Shown piece after piece: positions 50,935-64,000 of a stretch of 64,000 nt of DNA. A model generated the notes under the pieces. That model had not been told where the DNA came from and made no database searches. It saw only the letters and a program-made list of their open reading frames with translations. Numbering within the stretch: position 1 is the stretch's first letter; each line of letters opens with the position of its first letter. The position numbers and the translations under genes were made by a program. Source of the stretch: Squalus acanthias. Its lineage: Eukaryota. The stretch covers positions 138,508,001 through 138,572,000 of the forward strand of contig CM059426.1 of the NCBI GenBank assembly GCA_030390025.1. Reading direction: 5' to 3'.

Positions 50935-51963
50935 TATGTATCTATCTTAATTCTGAAAGGCCTGTGCGATCCCTTTGCTTCACACAGTGACCAGAGATGG
51001 TTCCAGTTGCGGTTTGACAGGGACGGCCCGTAGGAAACATTGCTGAATATCAGGGAACTCGCAAAGCCATACCCTCAAATGCAAGTGGGTTTTATCCATT
51101 CTCTCAGCCTTCTTCCATTTATTATCACTCCCCGAACAAAGGATTGAATGCGAGTGACTTCACCAACAAAAGGGCTTTGAATCTGGAGGAAAAGTAGCCC
51201 TCAAAGAGGGTGAAAAAATCCAAGTGGCTCTATTATTTGCACTTACACTAATTAGACATTTTTCCCGTCAACTATTCATGGCTGTAGTGAAGACAAACTT
51301 ACTGAATTACTTTCTAAAGTGTTTGCAAAAGTTTACATCTGTTTGTGTCTCTGTGAACTAAAATAAGCACTTCAGCAGCATTGTGGAAAAATCGAAGAAA
51401 GTTAGTATTGTTTGTAGTATTGTGGAATCGTGAAGAGAGGGATACATTAATGAAAGCCTTCTCAGGAAGCATTACCATTTCAAACACAGCGTCCCTCCAA
51501 ATTATGAAAGAGAAATGAGTCCTTAACTTTAAGGAAAGCTTTAAAATAGCAAAACCCTGATTAGTTACCAAAAAGGAGCAGAAGCCAGGAGCAGAGGAAT
51601 GTTAGTGGGGAGACTTGCTGCAGAGAGACTTGTAAACCAGTATCATTTAATCTGTTGCACTAATGTTCGGAATTCTGGAAGCGGGCATTGTCCTTTGTTT
51701 TCTACTCCCTTCCTGATTTCACTTCCGACATCAACACTCATTTCTCATGGACCCATCTGTGGATTCAGTAGTGGTTTACTATGTATGATTTAGCTTAGTT
51801 TTATACTCCTGCCCACTTTCTCCTGAATCTCTTCTCTGCAATTTAGTATTTAAGGATTTTATATCTAAGGGAGTGTTATTGGCTTGGGACAAGAGCATAG
51901 TGAGGCAAGAAATCAGCACAAATCTGAATTTGTGAAGTTCAGTATATTTATTTCTGGGATATT

Positions 51964-52606
51964 AGGGCTGAGTTTTCTGGCCTTGACTCCCAGGGATCAC
52001 TCACCAGGTCTTTACCCCTTTAACATAGCGCAGGAGTTCTTGCGTTGACCTGGAAGATGGAGGGGAGAGAACTTGTTCTGTCAGATGGAGGTATTCTAAT
52101 AGATGGGGGGAGGGGGGTATTCCTGGGTTCCTGCCTCATTCACCTGAACTAATGTTGCCTGGGCACTTCAGGACAGGGGGGCGGAGCTGCCCAAAGAGTA
52201 TGATGGTGTGGCCTGTAACCGACCCCCATCGACCGGAGGGTCCACGGGGGTTCTGAGGCAAGCTGAAGATTACATGGTAGGGCCCTGTTAAATAGTTTAA
52301 GCCCGTCCAAGATCATCTGATGGAATTGGAACCTTCTAACCGCCATCAGCAGCCACAAAAACCCAATCACGGACGCCACAGACACAGCTACAGGCCTGAG
52401 AGGATTGCAGATGCCCCTAATTTTGCTGGCCCCTCTGCTGGCACTAGGACCTGTCAGGAGGTGGGTCAGCGCTGCAGCTATCCCTGGACATTTAAGTGGC
52501 CCAGGACAGGAAATCCCGGCATCCAGGGGCTGGACAGTAGCAATGAATTTCGGGTCTGCTTCTCCAGTCTAGCACTGGGGTGAAGAGAGACAGGAAAATC
52601 TGCCCT
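51964..52606. mobile_element. Non-autonomous Harbinger-type TIR element
   Basis: agggctgagttttc...gaaaatctgccct ends and 3-bp TSD ATT. Confidence 0.72.
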
Positions 52607-52995
52607 ATTATGATTTACAATTCAGTTCTGGTTCTTAGTTAGATCAGTTGTAATCAGTCCAGACTAGCCTGAGCCTGCATCTTAAAATGGCTTAACCCCA
52701 TTCTCAGTTAGTACAACAATAGTTGTACTGTAACCCTCTCCTGTAATAATTTGAATCGGATTTGGCATAAATTAAGACTCAATATAAGGTTGGATTCACG
52801 CTGACCCTTATTCAGATATTTGCCAATTCACTTAACAGCAAACCTGAGGGGTAGTTATTTCTCCATTTGACCCACTGCACCTGCACCTGGTGTGACAGGT
52901 CACTGCTGTCTGACTGTGCGTAGCCATTGTCATTATTTTAACGTACAACTTTTTAACAAAAGTCAAATGCTATGTGGTACATGTATAGACTCTTA

Positions 52996-53780
52996 AGGGC
53001 TGGATTTTCTGAATGGGAAGCTTTTGGAGGCTGACTCCCACTTGTCGGGTCTCAGTCCCGCCTCCATCAGCTTCTGGCCAACCAGCGGATTTTTCCCTGA
53101 TTGACCCGGCGGGCTCAGCAGGCCAATTAGGGGGAAGTCACTGACAGAGCACGTCAACGTATGACGTGTCATCTGTCAAGAACTTTTGAAAGAAGAAATG
53201 TCATCGTTTGACAGCTCTGTGAAGCTGTCAAATACTGACATTCTGTGTAGTTTGATGAGCCCTTGTGTTCAGGACTCATCAAACCTTTCTACTCTGCAGA
53301 AATCAGTTGGCTGTTGGATCGGAGGATGCAACAGACAGTCTGTGATCTCTACAATGGAGATGTCGGGGACTCCGGCTCCACAGCGGCTGAAGGCTGTAGG
53401 TAGAAACAAAGGTAAGTTAACATTTTCTAACACTTTACACTCACCTCACATACTTACCACTCCACACTTGCACCCATCACTCACCTCTACATCGCACTTT
53501 CAGACCCCTCCGACCCCCGCAGACCTCCTATTCGCCTCCTTAACCCCGGCGGGGTTTCCCAGGTCGGGAAGCCCACACTTCAGGATGAAAAATGGGGATA
53601 ATCCTATTTTCTGCCTGTTAACTACCTGTTAACAGGCAGTTAATAGACTTTAATTCCTTCCTGCCTCCAAGGAGACGGGACCTGGGGCAGGACGGGTTGG
53701 GGGCGGGTTTGCCACCCGCCCCCAAATTCTGCAACTTTCCCGGCAGTCCTGCCTCCATAGGGCTGACAAAATCCAGCCCT
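52996..53780. mobile_element. Non-autonomous TIR element, same family as 58383-59224
   Basis: Perfect agggctggatttt/aaaatccagccct TIRs. Interior co-linear with 58383-59224. Confidence 0.82.
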
Positions 53781-55439
53781 TAAAAAACACATTTCACTAA
53801 TCCATACGTGCATTTGAAACATTCAGCCTTATTACTGTTCCGACTCAGTATGGCAGTAAACTACCATAAACTACTTAAATTATCCACCGTGAGCTAGAAA
53901 TATTTCTACATTGAAGTGTTCTGATGAAAAATCTGCACTAAAATCTGTTGATAAGAGATGTGGGGATTTCAACAGTGTGAATGTTTCATAGAGGTGACAC
54001 CATATTCTTGTTATTCAAATTTGTTTTTCTTCAAAAATTCACTTTTACACCTTAAAATGCTTTATTAGCTTAGTTCTGAAATTTAAAAGTAAAATACCGT
54101 TCAAAGAATTCATACTGTCTCTTTACTCATTTCCAATTATCTCCGAATTTTATCTGTTATGCTTCTGAAGACAAAATTTTGCAGGGTTTCCACCGATCTC
54201 CCATCTTAAATGCAGTGGGAGGCCAGTGGAACCCCCAAAGAAACAGGGAAGACCCCAACTTCCGTCCGCCCCTTACAGAGTAAATGACGGGCTGGGAGCG
54301 GAGCCAGAAGCAGGGTCTCCCTAAATTGGGAGGTCCCACTCGGGGACCTGGTGTATCAGGGTATTGAGTGAGATTAAGCCTACAGGCCTCGCCAAGAGCA
54401 TATGTGGCCCCACAGGTGAGTTTCAGGCATCGCAAGTTTAAAACAATTACTTCTGGATCAGCTCTCTCCCCATGACGGTAGCTGCCCTAGTTTTCTAGTG
54501 CATGGAGCAAGGTGGTTGCCAAAGCAATGCCCTAAGTGGCATCTCTGCTCGCTGGCCTCATGGAAATGAGGTGCCCTCCAACTGACCCAACAAACTCCAG
54601 TAAGGGTTAGTATTAGGGGGCACGAGTGGGCACGATCCCAAAACAACTACCAGGAACGTCACCCATAGAGTTTCGGGGCCAGTGTTTCTTATTAGGGTAG
54701 TTCCATGGGTGCCAGCTGCCCTCTGGTACCTTGTTCTAGTAACCATTTTTCATGTGAGAATCTAGCCAGTGTGTGTTGGAGAGCTATTTAACTAGAAGAG
54801 GCATCAAAGACAAGTTTGATCCTCTCCTCATCCTATAGCCAACTAGGTTCTCTGAATACCAGGCAAACATTGGGACACTGGATGATTTTATTCCTCCCTA
54901 GCCCAGGTGTGGCTGAGATCAACTGACTCATCATAGTTCAGGGATTAAACTTAGAACCTTTCTAGTATGTGTGACTCAGTACCACACCATGCGGTACATT
55001 CACCCACGTAGCCATTGGGAAGTCATTTATATTTTCAATAATTCCCCCCAAAATAAGAGTTTTTTTCATCTCTCTTGAGTTCTCAATATTAAATTGTATC
55101 TCATGAGTATATCCTCCATAATGTATCCTCCATTTTAACACTTGTGTGGCGATATACCAGCAGAAATAAAAAAACATATACACAGACATTATAAGAACAA
55201 ATTTACACCTTTTTCTGATATTATTGAACTAAATAAACAAATAAAACTACAAAATACAAGTTATTATTATTATGCTCAGTTGAAAACATTACAAGGATAT
55301 TAAGTGGAGTATGTCATGCTCAGCAGTGAATTTTGATAAATTATTTCCACTTATGACCCTGAAGATATCTAACAACCAATGATCTTTTGCAGATATTTAT
55401 TGTGTTTCACCGATGGCTGTGATAACTTTCTCTTTCTTT

Positions 55440-57395
55440 GTGATTGTGACCATGGTACACGATCTATCCTCATTCTCCTTCCACCTCTCTGCAGCCAGTG
55501 ACCAGATCGACAACGCTATTCTTCTCTAATGCCTCTCCTCTGTTGTCCAGCTTGATGGGATGCCACTTGTTTGGTTCCACTCTTTCCTATCTGATCATAG
55601 CCATGGCATCTCTAGCTACGGTTTCTATTCACACACCTATATTATCACCCTTGTCCTCTTCCTCTACATGCTGCCCTTTGACAACAACATCCACAGACTT
55701 AGGGTCAGCTTCTACGCGTACGCTGATGACACCAAGGTTTAACTCTGCACCACCCCTCTCAACCCCTCCACTGCCTCTGTGCTATCAGACTCCTTGTCCA
55801 ACATGTACATTTGAAGGAATTGTAACTTTCTCTAGCTAAACACTGGAGAGACCAAAGTCATTGGGGGTAATTCTAACTTAACCCGCCCAGTGGGAAACTG
55901 ATGGGATTGGGACAGCCGCCTGCTTTACATCCCCGACCCCCAGATTTACTTTCCATTAAAGCTGGGTGAGTTAGGTTAAAATTACCCCCATTTCCTTTGG
56001 CCCCCCCACCATAAACTCGATACCCACGCAACCAGTTCCACTCTATCCTGGTCACAGTCTCAGGTTGAACCTGAGGCTAGGTATTCTGCGGCGAGTGTCT
56101 CACCTCCTGACTCCCCAAAGCCTTTCCACCATCTACAAGGCACAAGTAAGGAGTGTGATGGAATACTCTCCACTTGCCTGGATGAGTGCAGCTCCAACAA
56201 CACTCAAGAAGCTCGACACCATCCAGGACAAAGCAGCCCGCTTGATTGGCACCTCATCCACCACCTTAAACATTCACTCCCTCCACCACCAGCGCACCGT
56301 GGCTGCAGTGTGTACCATCTACAAGATGCACTGCAGCAACTCGCCAAGGCTTCTTCGGCAGCACCTCCCAAACCCGCGACCTCTTCCATCTAGAAGGACG
56401 AGGGCAGCAGGCGCATGGGAACACCACCACCTCCAAGTTCACCTCCAAGTCGCACACCATCCTGACTTAGAAGTATATCGCCGATCCTTCATCGTCGCTG
56501 GGTCAAAATCCTGGAACTCCCTCCCTAACAGCACTGTGGGAGTACCATCACCACACGGACTGCAGCGGTTCAAGAAGGCTGCTCACCACCACCTTCTCAA
56601 GGGCAATTAGGGATGGGCAATAAATGCTGGCCTTGCCAACGACGCCCACATCCCATAAACGAATAAAAAAAAAACAGATTGCTTGCATCCTCAATGTCCT
56701 GTTTGACCCCAAGTTGAGTTTCCAACTGCATATCCTCTCCATCACAAAGATCGCCTACTTTCACCTCTGTTCAAATCAACTACCTCTGCCCTAATCTCTG
56801 TGCATCCTCTGCCGAAACCCTCATACACATGCCTCATCACCTCCAGACTTGGTTACTCCAATGCTCTGCTTGCTGGCTTCCCATCCTCCACCTTCCATGA
56901 ACCTCAGCTCATCCGTAACACTACTGCCGGAATCCTATCCCACACCAAGTTGCACTTGCTCATCACCCCTATCCTCGCTGACCTACTTTGGCTTCCACTC
57001 CTTCACTGTTTCAAGTTTAACATTTTTGTCTTTGCCTTTCAATCCCTCCATGGCCTCATCCTTCCTTATCTCCATAACTTCCTCCACTGTACACATCTCC
57101 CCAGCTCTCCATTGCTCTGATTCTGGCCTCTCTGCCACCTCCTCTTCCTTCACCCCACCACTGGCGGTACAGCTTTCTGCCACATTGGCCTCATGTTCAG
57201 GAATTCCCTCCCTAAACCTCCACCTCCCTCTCCTCCTGTAAGACCCTCCCTAAAACCCTTCTCGTTGACCATACTTTTGATCACCCCTTCTAATAACTCT
57301 TTTCTTTTGGCTCTGCATATATTTTCTTCACGCCTCTGTAAAACGCCTCAAGACATTTTCCTATGTTAAAAACGCTATAAAAATGCAAGTTGTTT
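55440..57395 (+). mobile_element. Degraded L2 LINE interrupted by a MITE (55863-55989, TSD ATT) and a LINE 3' end (56070-56673)
   Basis: YADDT in ORF 55560..55742, LITSRLGYSNALLAG...HITPIL-like motif in ORF 56800..57120, L2 tail near 57390. Nested ORF 56065..56610 ends in an A-rich tail. Confidence 0.8.
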
Positions 57396-58249
57396 TTGCT
57401 CTAATGTTTGAAGTAATTAAAATAATCTATGAAATTAATGCTTCTTTTCAGGTCATATTTTCCTGTGTGTTAGACCCAATGGTCCAGTACTTCAAAGCTA
57501 ACAATCATTAATGGATAGATTTTTTGAATTAGCACTCCTGACAGACAGAGCTTTGCACAATAGGAATGCACATTGGGAATTTTGGAGCGCTTGAATCTGG
57601 AGGTGATGAGGCAGGTGCACGAGGGTTTCAGCAGTGGATGCACTGAGATATGGACCGAGGTAGGCAATTTGAACAGAGGTGAATGTAGGCAATCTATGTG
57701 ATGGAGAGGATATGGAGTTGGAAACTTGGGGTCAAATAGGACACTGGGGACACAAACAGTCTGGTTCAGTCTGAGACTGTCAGCATAACCCACATGGTTT
57801 TGTATCTACTGGAAAATCATATGGGCTGCGCTGACCTCCAAGCTTTCATTCCCGAAGTGGGTCCCCATCATACAAAGCTCTGAGTCGGGAAGTCTCATTT
57901 ATAAAATCTAACATTAAATCTATGGTTAACCATTTTGGATTCTTGCAAATTAATTTGTGTTCATCGGGTGGAAGGCATGCATGCTGCAGAAATGGAACAC
58001 TTTCCCAATTTTGTCACCAGCTGTCAGATTTATAAACTCCGAGATTAAGGGGAAAAGGAAAAGAAAATTGCAAATGCTGAATATCTGAAATAAAATCAGT
58101 TTTGGAGGAGGGTCTACACCCAAAGTATCAACCCATCTTTTTGTTTTTAGGTGCTGACAGGTCTGTGTATTTTCCAGCATTTTCTGTGTTTATTTTAGGA
58201 ATATCACAGGTTAGGTGCACAATAATGCTCCTCTTATTCTTTATTTTTA

Positions 58250-60310
58250 AAATGAATTCTCGGGATATGAGCATCGCTGGCAAGGCCAGCATTCATTTCC
58301 CATCCCTAGTTGCCCTTGAGAGGTGGTGGTGAGCCACCTTCTTGAACCGCTGCAGTCCATGTGGTGAAGGTACTCACACAAAGGGGGTGATTTTGCCAAT
58401 GGGGACGCGTTGGGGGTGGGACTGCAGCTTGTCGGGTTTCAGTCCGCCTCCATCGGCATCTGGCCAACCCACACTATTTTCCCTTGATTGACCTTGTTAA
58501 GCCCGCCCAGCAGGTTTAGCAGGCCAATTAAGGGAAAGCCGGTGACAGAGAACGTCAGCCTCTGACGTTCCATCTGTCAAAAACTTTTGACAGATGAATT
58601 GTCATCGTTTGACAGCTTTGAGAAGCTGTCAAACACTGACATTCTCTGTTGTTTGGTGAGTTCTTGTACTCAAGGCTCACCAAACCTATTTCCTGAGCAG
58701 AAAGCAGATGGCTGTTGCATCGGAGAATGCAGCAGCCATTCTGTCATCTCTGCCGTGGAGATGAGGAGCCTCCGGATCTCCAATGATTGAAGCCTGCAGG
58801 AAGAAACAAAGGTTAGTAAACTTTTTCAAACACTTTTCACTCACCTCATATACTTACCTCTCCACACTTGCACCCATCACTCACCTCCACAGTGCACTTT
58901 TGGACCCCTCTCGCCCCCGCAGACCCACTGCTCGCCTCGCTGACCCTGGCGGGGTTTCCCAACGTCGGGAAGACGCACTTCTGATGGAAAATGGGGATAA
59001 TCCTCTTAACTGCCTGTTATCTACCTGTTAACAGGCAGTTAAGTGACTGCAATCCCCTTCCCGCCTCGAGGAGACGGGATCCAGCGCGGGTCGGGTACCC
59101 GCCTCCTGGGAAGATGGAATGGAGGTGGGTTGGGGGCGGGATGGGTACCCGCCCCCAGATTCTGCCATTTTCCCGGCAGTCCCGCCTCCGAACCTGGCTC
59201 CCCAGGGCTGGCAAAATCGCCCCCAATGCTGTTACGTAGGGAACTAGCGACCTGTTAGGGAGCGAGTTTCAGGATTTTGACCTAGCGACAATGAAGGAAC
59301 CAGCGATATATTTCCAAGTCAGGGTGGTGTGTGACTTGGAGGGGAACCTGGAGGTGCTGATGTTCCCAGGCACCTGCTACCCTTGTCCTTCTAGGTGGCA
59401 GAGGTCACAGGTTTGAGAAGTGCTGCCGAAGAAGTCTTCTGCCCCAAATTTTTTTTTGTTCGTTCCTGGGATGTGGGCATTGCTGGCAATGCCAGCATTT
59501 ATTGCCCATCCCTAATTGCCCTTGAGAATGTGGTGGTGAGCCACCTTCTTGAACTGCTGCAGTCTGTGTGGTGAAGGTACTTCCATAGTGCTGTTAGGGA
59601 GCGAGTTTCAGGATTTTGACCCAGCGACAATGAAGGAACGGCGATATATTTCCAAGTCAGGATGGCGTGTAACTTGGAGGGGAACTTGCAGGTGATGATG
59701 TTCCCATGCACCTGCTGCCCTTGTCCTTCTAGGTGGTAGAGGTCGCGGGTTTAGGAGTTACTGTCGAAGAAGCCTTGGTGAGTTGCTGCAATGCATCTTG
59801 TAGATGGGACACACTGCAGCCACGGTACACCGGTGGTGGAGGCAGTGAATGTTTAAGGTGGTGGATGGGGTGCCAATCAAGTGGACTGCTTTGTCCTGGA
59901 TGGTGTCGAGCTTCTTGAGTGTTGTTGGAGCTGCACTCATCCAGGCAAGTGGAGAGTATTCCATCACACTCCTGACTTGTGCCTTGTAGATGGTGGAAAG
60001 GTTTTGGGGAGTCAGGAGGTGAGACACTCGCCGCAGAATACCTAGCCTCTGACCTGCTCTTGTTGCCACAGTATTTATGTGGCTGGTCCAGTTAAGTTTC
60101 TGGTCAGTGGTGACCCCCAGGAAGTTGATGGTGGGGGATTCGGCGATGGTAATGCCGTTGAATGTCAAAGGGCGGTGGTTAGACTCTCACTTGTTGGAGA
60201 TAGTCCTTGCCTGGCACTTGTGTGACGCGAATGTTACCTGCCTCTTATCAGCCTAAGCCTAAATGCCATCCAGGTCTTGCTGCATGCGGGCATGGACTGC
60301 CTTATTATCA
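58250..60310 (-). mobile_element. Two tandem 3' ends of the second LINE family, the first split by a TIR element at 58383-59224
   Basis: gccagcatt...cccatccctaattgcccttgag occurs near 58285 and 59490. ORF 59758..60168. Inner TIRs gggggtgattttgcc / ggcaaaatcgccccc. Confidence 0.85.
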
Positions 60311-60434
60311 AACATTGTACTGTAACTCCCAATCCGAGATCAGCACCTTCTTACTGCACTTATGTGAACTGTTCTCTTTCCTACACAAGCCATTCTTACC
60401 GTCTCTGTGAGTGAGGTTGTCAACTTGAGGAGGG

Positions 60435-60589
60435 GGGGGTGGAATTTCCACGGAGGTTCTCCCGATTGCCTGCCGTAACTTTGGCTGAAGAGCAGTGGAA
60501 ATCCCGGAAGAGCAGTAATTTTCCCAGGGTTTCCACAGCCCTTCTGCCGAAGTGGAAGAACAGGAGAACCTCCACGGAAATTCAACCCT
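60435..60589. mobile_element. Palindromic MITE
   Basis: gaatttccacggaggttctcc...ggagaacctccacggaaattc. Confidence 0.7.
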
Positions 60590-61089
60590 TAGTGTCAAAA
60601 ATGTGATCGACTGGATTAAGGCTGCTCCAAGTCATTTCATGCAGGAGCCTTACAAACCAGAGAGAGGACACTTTCAAAACTATCACTCTGAAGTTGCTTT
60701 TATGTTATGCGAGACCATGCTGGCACTGACCATTGCGAAAGATCCAGCTAAAAAAAAAAGGGCAGGTCTTTTCAGCAGCCAGCCAGAGTTAATCTCTACA
60801 GGTTTACCTCGGAGCTGCAGTCAGTTGCTCGAGAACTGTATGCTAGGGAGCGTCTTCATAAAACAATTTATTGATCAATAAAATTAACATTTTCACAGTA
60901 TTCTATGTAAAGACAGTTGTTGAACGCTGATCACTTTCAGAGGCTGTAATGCCTGCTGGTGAACCTCCTTCACTGTTGTTAGGAATGATTGCATGAGTTA
61001 CTAAAGTGATATTGGGTGATTTTTAAAACAGATTTATATTTGCCGAAGAATTTGATGGCACAAGATAGCGGAGAAGTGGTTAGAAAAAT

Positions 61090-61266
61090 AGGGCCAATTT
61101 TAACCTAACCCGCCCATCGGGAAACTGAGTTGATCATGTGCAATGTTGGCTTTACACCCTGCCCAACTGGAATCAATGGAGAGTAATATTGAGCAGGATA
61201 TAAAACCAGCGTTCCACCCGATCCCATGGGTCTCCCACCCAGCGAGTTAGGTAAAAGTTTCCCCCT
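61090..61266. mobile_element. Palindromic MITE, family of 55863-55989
   Basis: aattttaacctaacccgc...gcgagttaggtaaaagtt inverted ends. Confidence 0.65.
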
Positions 61267-62920
61267 ATAGGTATTTTTATAGGTGTCTCTACCAAAAAAA
61301 AAAATTCACACGAGTTAAAAAAAAACTATAATCAGAGTACCCCCGGTAAGCCAGGGTTAAAATGTTAATGAAAACAATGTGAATTTTTGAAGTACCACTA
61401 TCCTGCATTCATGAAAAATTTACACACATTTGATCGTTTGGGATTGTGCGGTTTAATAAAAACAAAATGGATAATTAAAAGAGGAAGCATTTTTGCCTGA
61501 AATAATTGTTTAAACTCTGTAGTATGTTTTCTAACTCTATATTCATGCTTCTTCCTCCAAATGAGGGCCAAAGAATGCCTTCAGAACCAAAGCAAGTGCT
61601 CAGTGCTTTCTTAATAAAACAATTGATATCCCTAAATCTGAATACTATCACAGGTCAAAGTGCCACTCTTACTGCTGCTGTTTGCAGTTTGGAAATTCTT
61701 TTTTTTTCCACCTCTTTCTCTTTCAGAAGTACACAATGGCACTGGAATATAAATTACCAGCAGTGATTAAATAATAGTTCAAAGCCGATCGCGAGGTCTG
61801 TGGTGTTTACAAAGTATTTTTTAAGCAGCATGATGAAACATTTCAAGAAGAGACATTAACCTATGGGCTCAAGTATCAGTGAATGGTTCGAACTGGCATG
61901 AGGTTGGATTTTGGACCTGAATAGTGTGTGACCCCATGATTTGCTTTGTTTAGCTGTGGCAGCTGCGGTTATCAACAGATGTTTCGGCAATAAATAATTG
62001 GTATCATCTCAGAAAAGAGCCGTCTACCTGGGGAGAAGGCATAATACAAAAAACACGGGGTCGCTATTACTGCTGCATTAATCTCTCATATACACAGGTT
62101 TCTTGGGGAGTTTACTGCAGGTGTTTCTTCTGTGAGAAAGCCTTCTGATGCAGGCAAACTCTCTAAAGTTATAAAGCTTTTGTGTGGGATAGTGAAGGTC
62201 AGGCAGAGCTATAAATTCCTGTCTTGGAGGAACAAAAACAGCTTTACTACTTTTATAGACAACCTCCTCCCCACCCCCCGCCCAAAAAAAACATGCACAA
62301 AACATGTAACAAAACACAGTAAGACTTTAAAATGTTTTCTCCAATATGTTCACTAGCAAACTGTTTTTGGACTTAAAGTTAGTGTGGGGGAAAAAAAGGG
62401 AAACTATTTATCTGTGGCTTTGCAATGGAGAAAAAAATGACCGTAGATTCATTTTTGGGGGAAGGGTATTTTATTTGACAGATTCTGAGAGAATGTTCAG
62501 GCATCGGTTGTGGAACTAACATAGGAAAACTTTGAGCTGAATTCTGAGACAGAATGGGTTGTTTTGGTTTTGTTTGTTTAAAAAATGGGGGAGGGAAGAG
62601 ACGCTCCCTCTTTTATAATGATCCCCACGTCTGTGGCTTTCAAAATGTTTGGAATATTGGCTCATCTCCGTTCATGTGAGAGAGGTCACTTTTACTCATT
62701 AGCTTTGGCTAACAGCGTGTGTTTGGTTTCATTAAGTATAATGAGAAAGCAGGAAAATAATTTTACAAAAACTAGAGAGACACCCCTTATATAAGTTCTT
62801 GGAAATATTTAAAGATGTATTATGATGGTGTCTGGATTAAATGAGAACATATTTTGTTTTCACTTATGAATTTTTTTTTAAAGGAAATGCTTTTTTGAGT
62901 AACAGGTGCATTATTCATAC

Positions 62921-63075
62921 CAGCAGATCTGGCAGCTTCTCGCTGATGATATCTTTCAGGTTTGTTTTGTCTTCTGGGCATACTTCTTGTTTGTATTGCC
63001 ACCTCTCTGGCACAAAGGGCCACTTCATTTCCTTTGCCTGTTCCAGCAGGGTCCTCAGATCAGCAGAGAGTGAAG
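62921..63075 (-). CDS. ALPK1: ALPK1 coding exon, 155 nt ([51 protein letters not shown])
   Basis: ttcctag acceptor and GTATGA donor, phase 1-0. Matches human [32 protein letters not shown]. The start-codon exon lies beyond the window end. Confidence 0.96.
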
Positions 63076-63500
63076 CTAGGAAGGTCAAAGTTCATGTAAG
63101 GAAATCTCAAAGAAATAAAAGACACCTCAATTGCAAATGCTAAGATATGGCATCTGAAGTTGTGAAAGCACATCCACTTGAGAGTAACTACAAGCTGCTC
63201 AATCCTTACAAAAGAGTCATAATGATGGTTTGTCTGTCACCGGGTGCTTTACTATACCATGCCCTGCAGGTAAACAAACTCAATCAGCTCTTAAAAACGT
63301 TTTTAAAGGAAGTAAATCCTTTCAATGACACTCTATGCATGAAGAACCATAGCAGGAATGGAATGAGACAAAATGGTCATCAAAACACTTAGTAATGCAC
63401 ACTGTAGCAAAGTGCCTGGGATTTGTTTTAAGCAGTATTTTCCGGGGCCATTTTGTGAACTCTGCATAGCTGATAAATTTACAAATAAAAAAGAATATTT

Positions 63501-63586
63501 GGCCCTGAAATTCCACGGTGGTTTTCCCAGTCTCCTGCTGGAGTTATGGCTGGAGATCGGGAGAACTCCTGCAGAATTTCAGGGCC
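63501..63586. mobile_element. Very short MITE
   Basis: ggccctgaaattc...gaatttcagggcc perfect 13-bp TIRs. Confidence 0.7.
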
Positions 63587-64000
63587 TATGTTCTGAAGCA
63601 GTTGATTTTTTTATTTGGATGTCAGCCAGAATTCAGCAAGTATACCTTATTAGTTAAAACATATAAATCAGTGTTTGGACACTTGCTTTTACCTTGTGAC
63701 TAAGTTAATCCACTCATGCGGTGCTCATCAATAACATCCACCTACCTACTCATTACTGCTTTGCTTTGCTTTATGCACCAACCCCTCGTGCTAATGAATA
63801 AGGATGGATTAACAAAGCTAAATTCTGGCTGATTCCAAGCTAAGCTTCTTTCTTTTTTTCAAACTTTGAGTACTGAATGACTTCTATAGTTTTTAAAACA
63901 TGAACGCAAGGAGGCGGTTGAAAAAAGCCGCAAGACTGATCCCTTCTGTCAGAGGACTGAGTTATGAGGAGTGCTCCGAGAAACTGGGATTTTCAGCCTT

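Noticed and set aside
52993-53783. TTAA flanks suggesting piggyBac or Kolobok
   Set aside because: The sister copy at 58383-59224 lacks TTAA flanks and related elements show 3-bp TSDs, so Harbinger type is more parsimonious.

Overview
Repeat-rich vertebrate DNA, most likely a cartilaginous fish (shark-type Deu-domain SINEs, CR1 LINEs with SGNH ORF1, very long introns). The whole window lies inside ALPK1 (alpha-kinase 1, the ADP-heptose sensor) on the minus strand. Six coding exons of the N-terminal sensor domain (155, 199, 60, 87, 77, 96 nt) splice into one open frame with canonical AG/GT sites. The introns hold CR1, L2, Ingi/Vingi-like and other LINEs, SINEs, a solo LTR, PIF/Harbinger derivatives and MITEs. 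The most unusual structure is a nested insertion at 26.6-33.3 kb: a SINE is split by a TIR element, which is split by a 5.6-kb hAT-type element (8-bp TSD). The hAT element has no recognisable transposase but carries the 5' end of REV3L (first 21 codons plus GC-rich upstream DNA), a second promoter-like segment and a 2.4-kb minisatellite, so it looks like an animal Pack-hAT gene-fragment capture. Two Penelope-type palindromic insertions with TSDs carry minimal hammerhead ribozymes. Gene and family names come from recognition of motifs, not from database searches.
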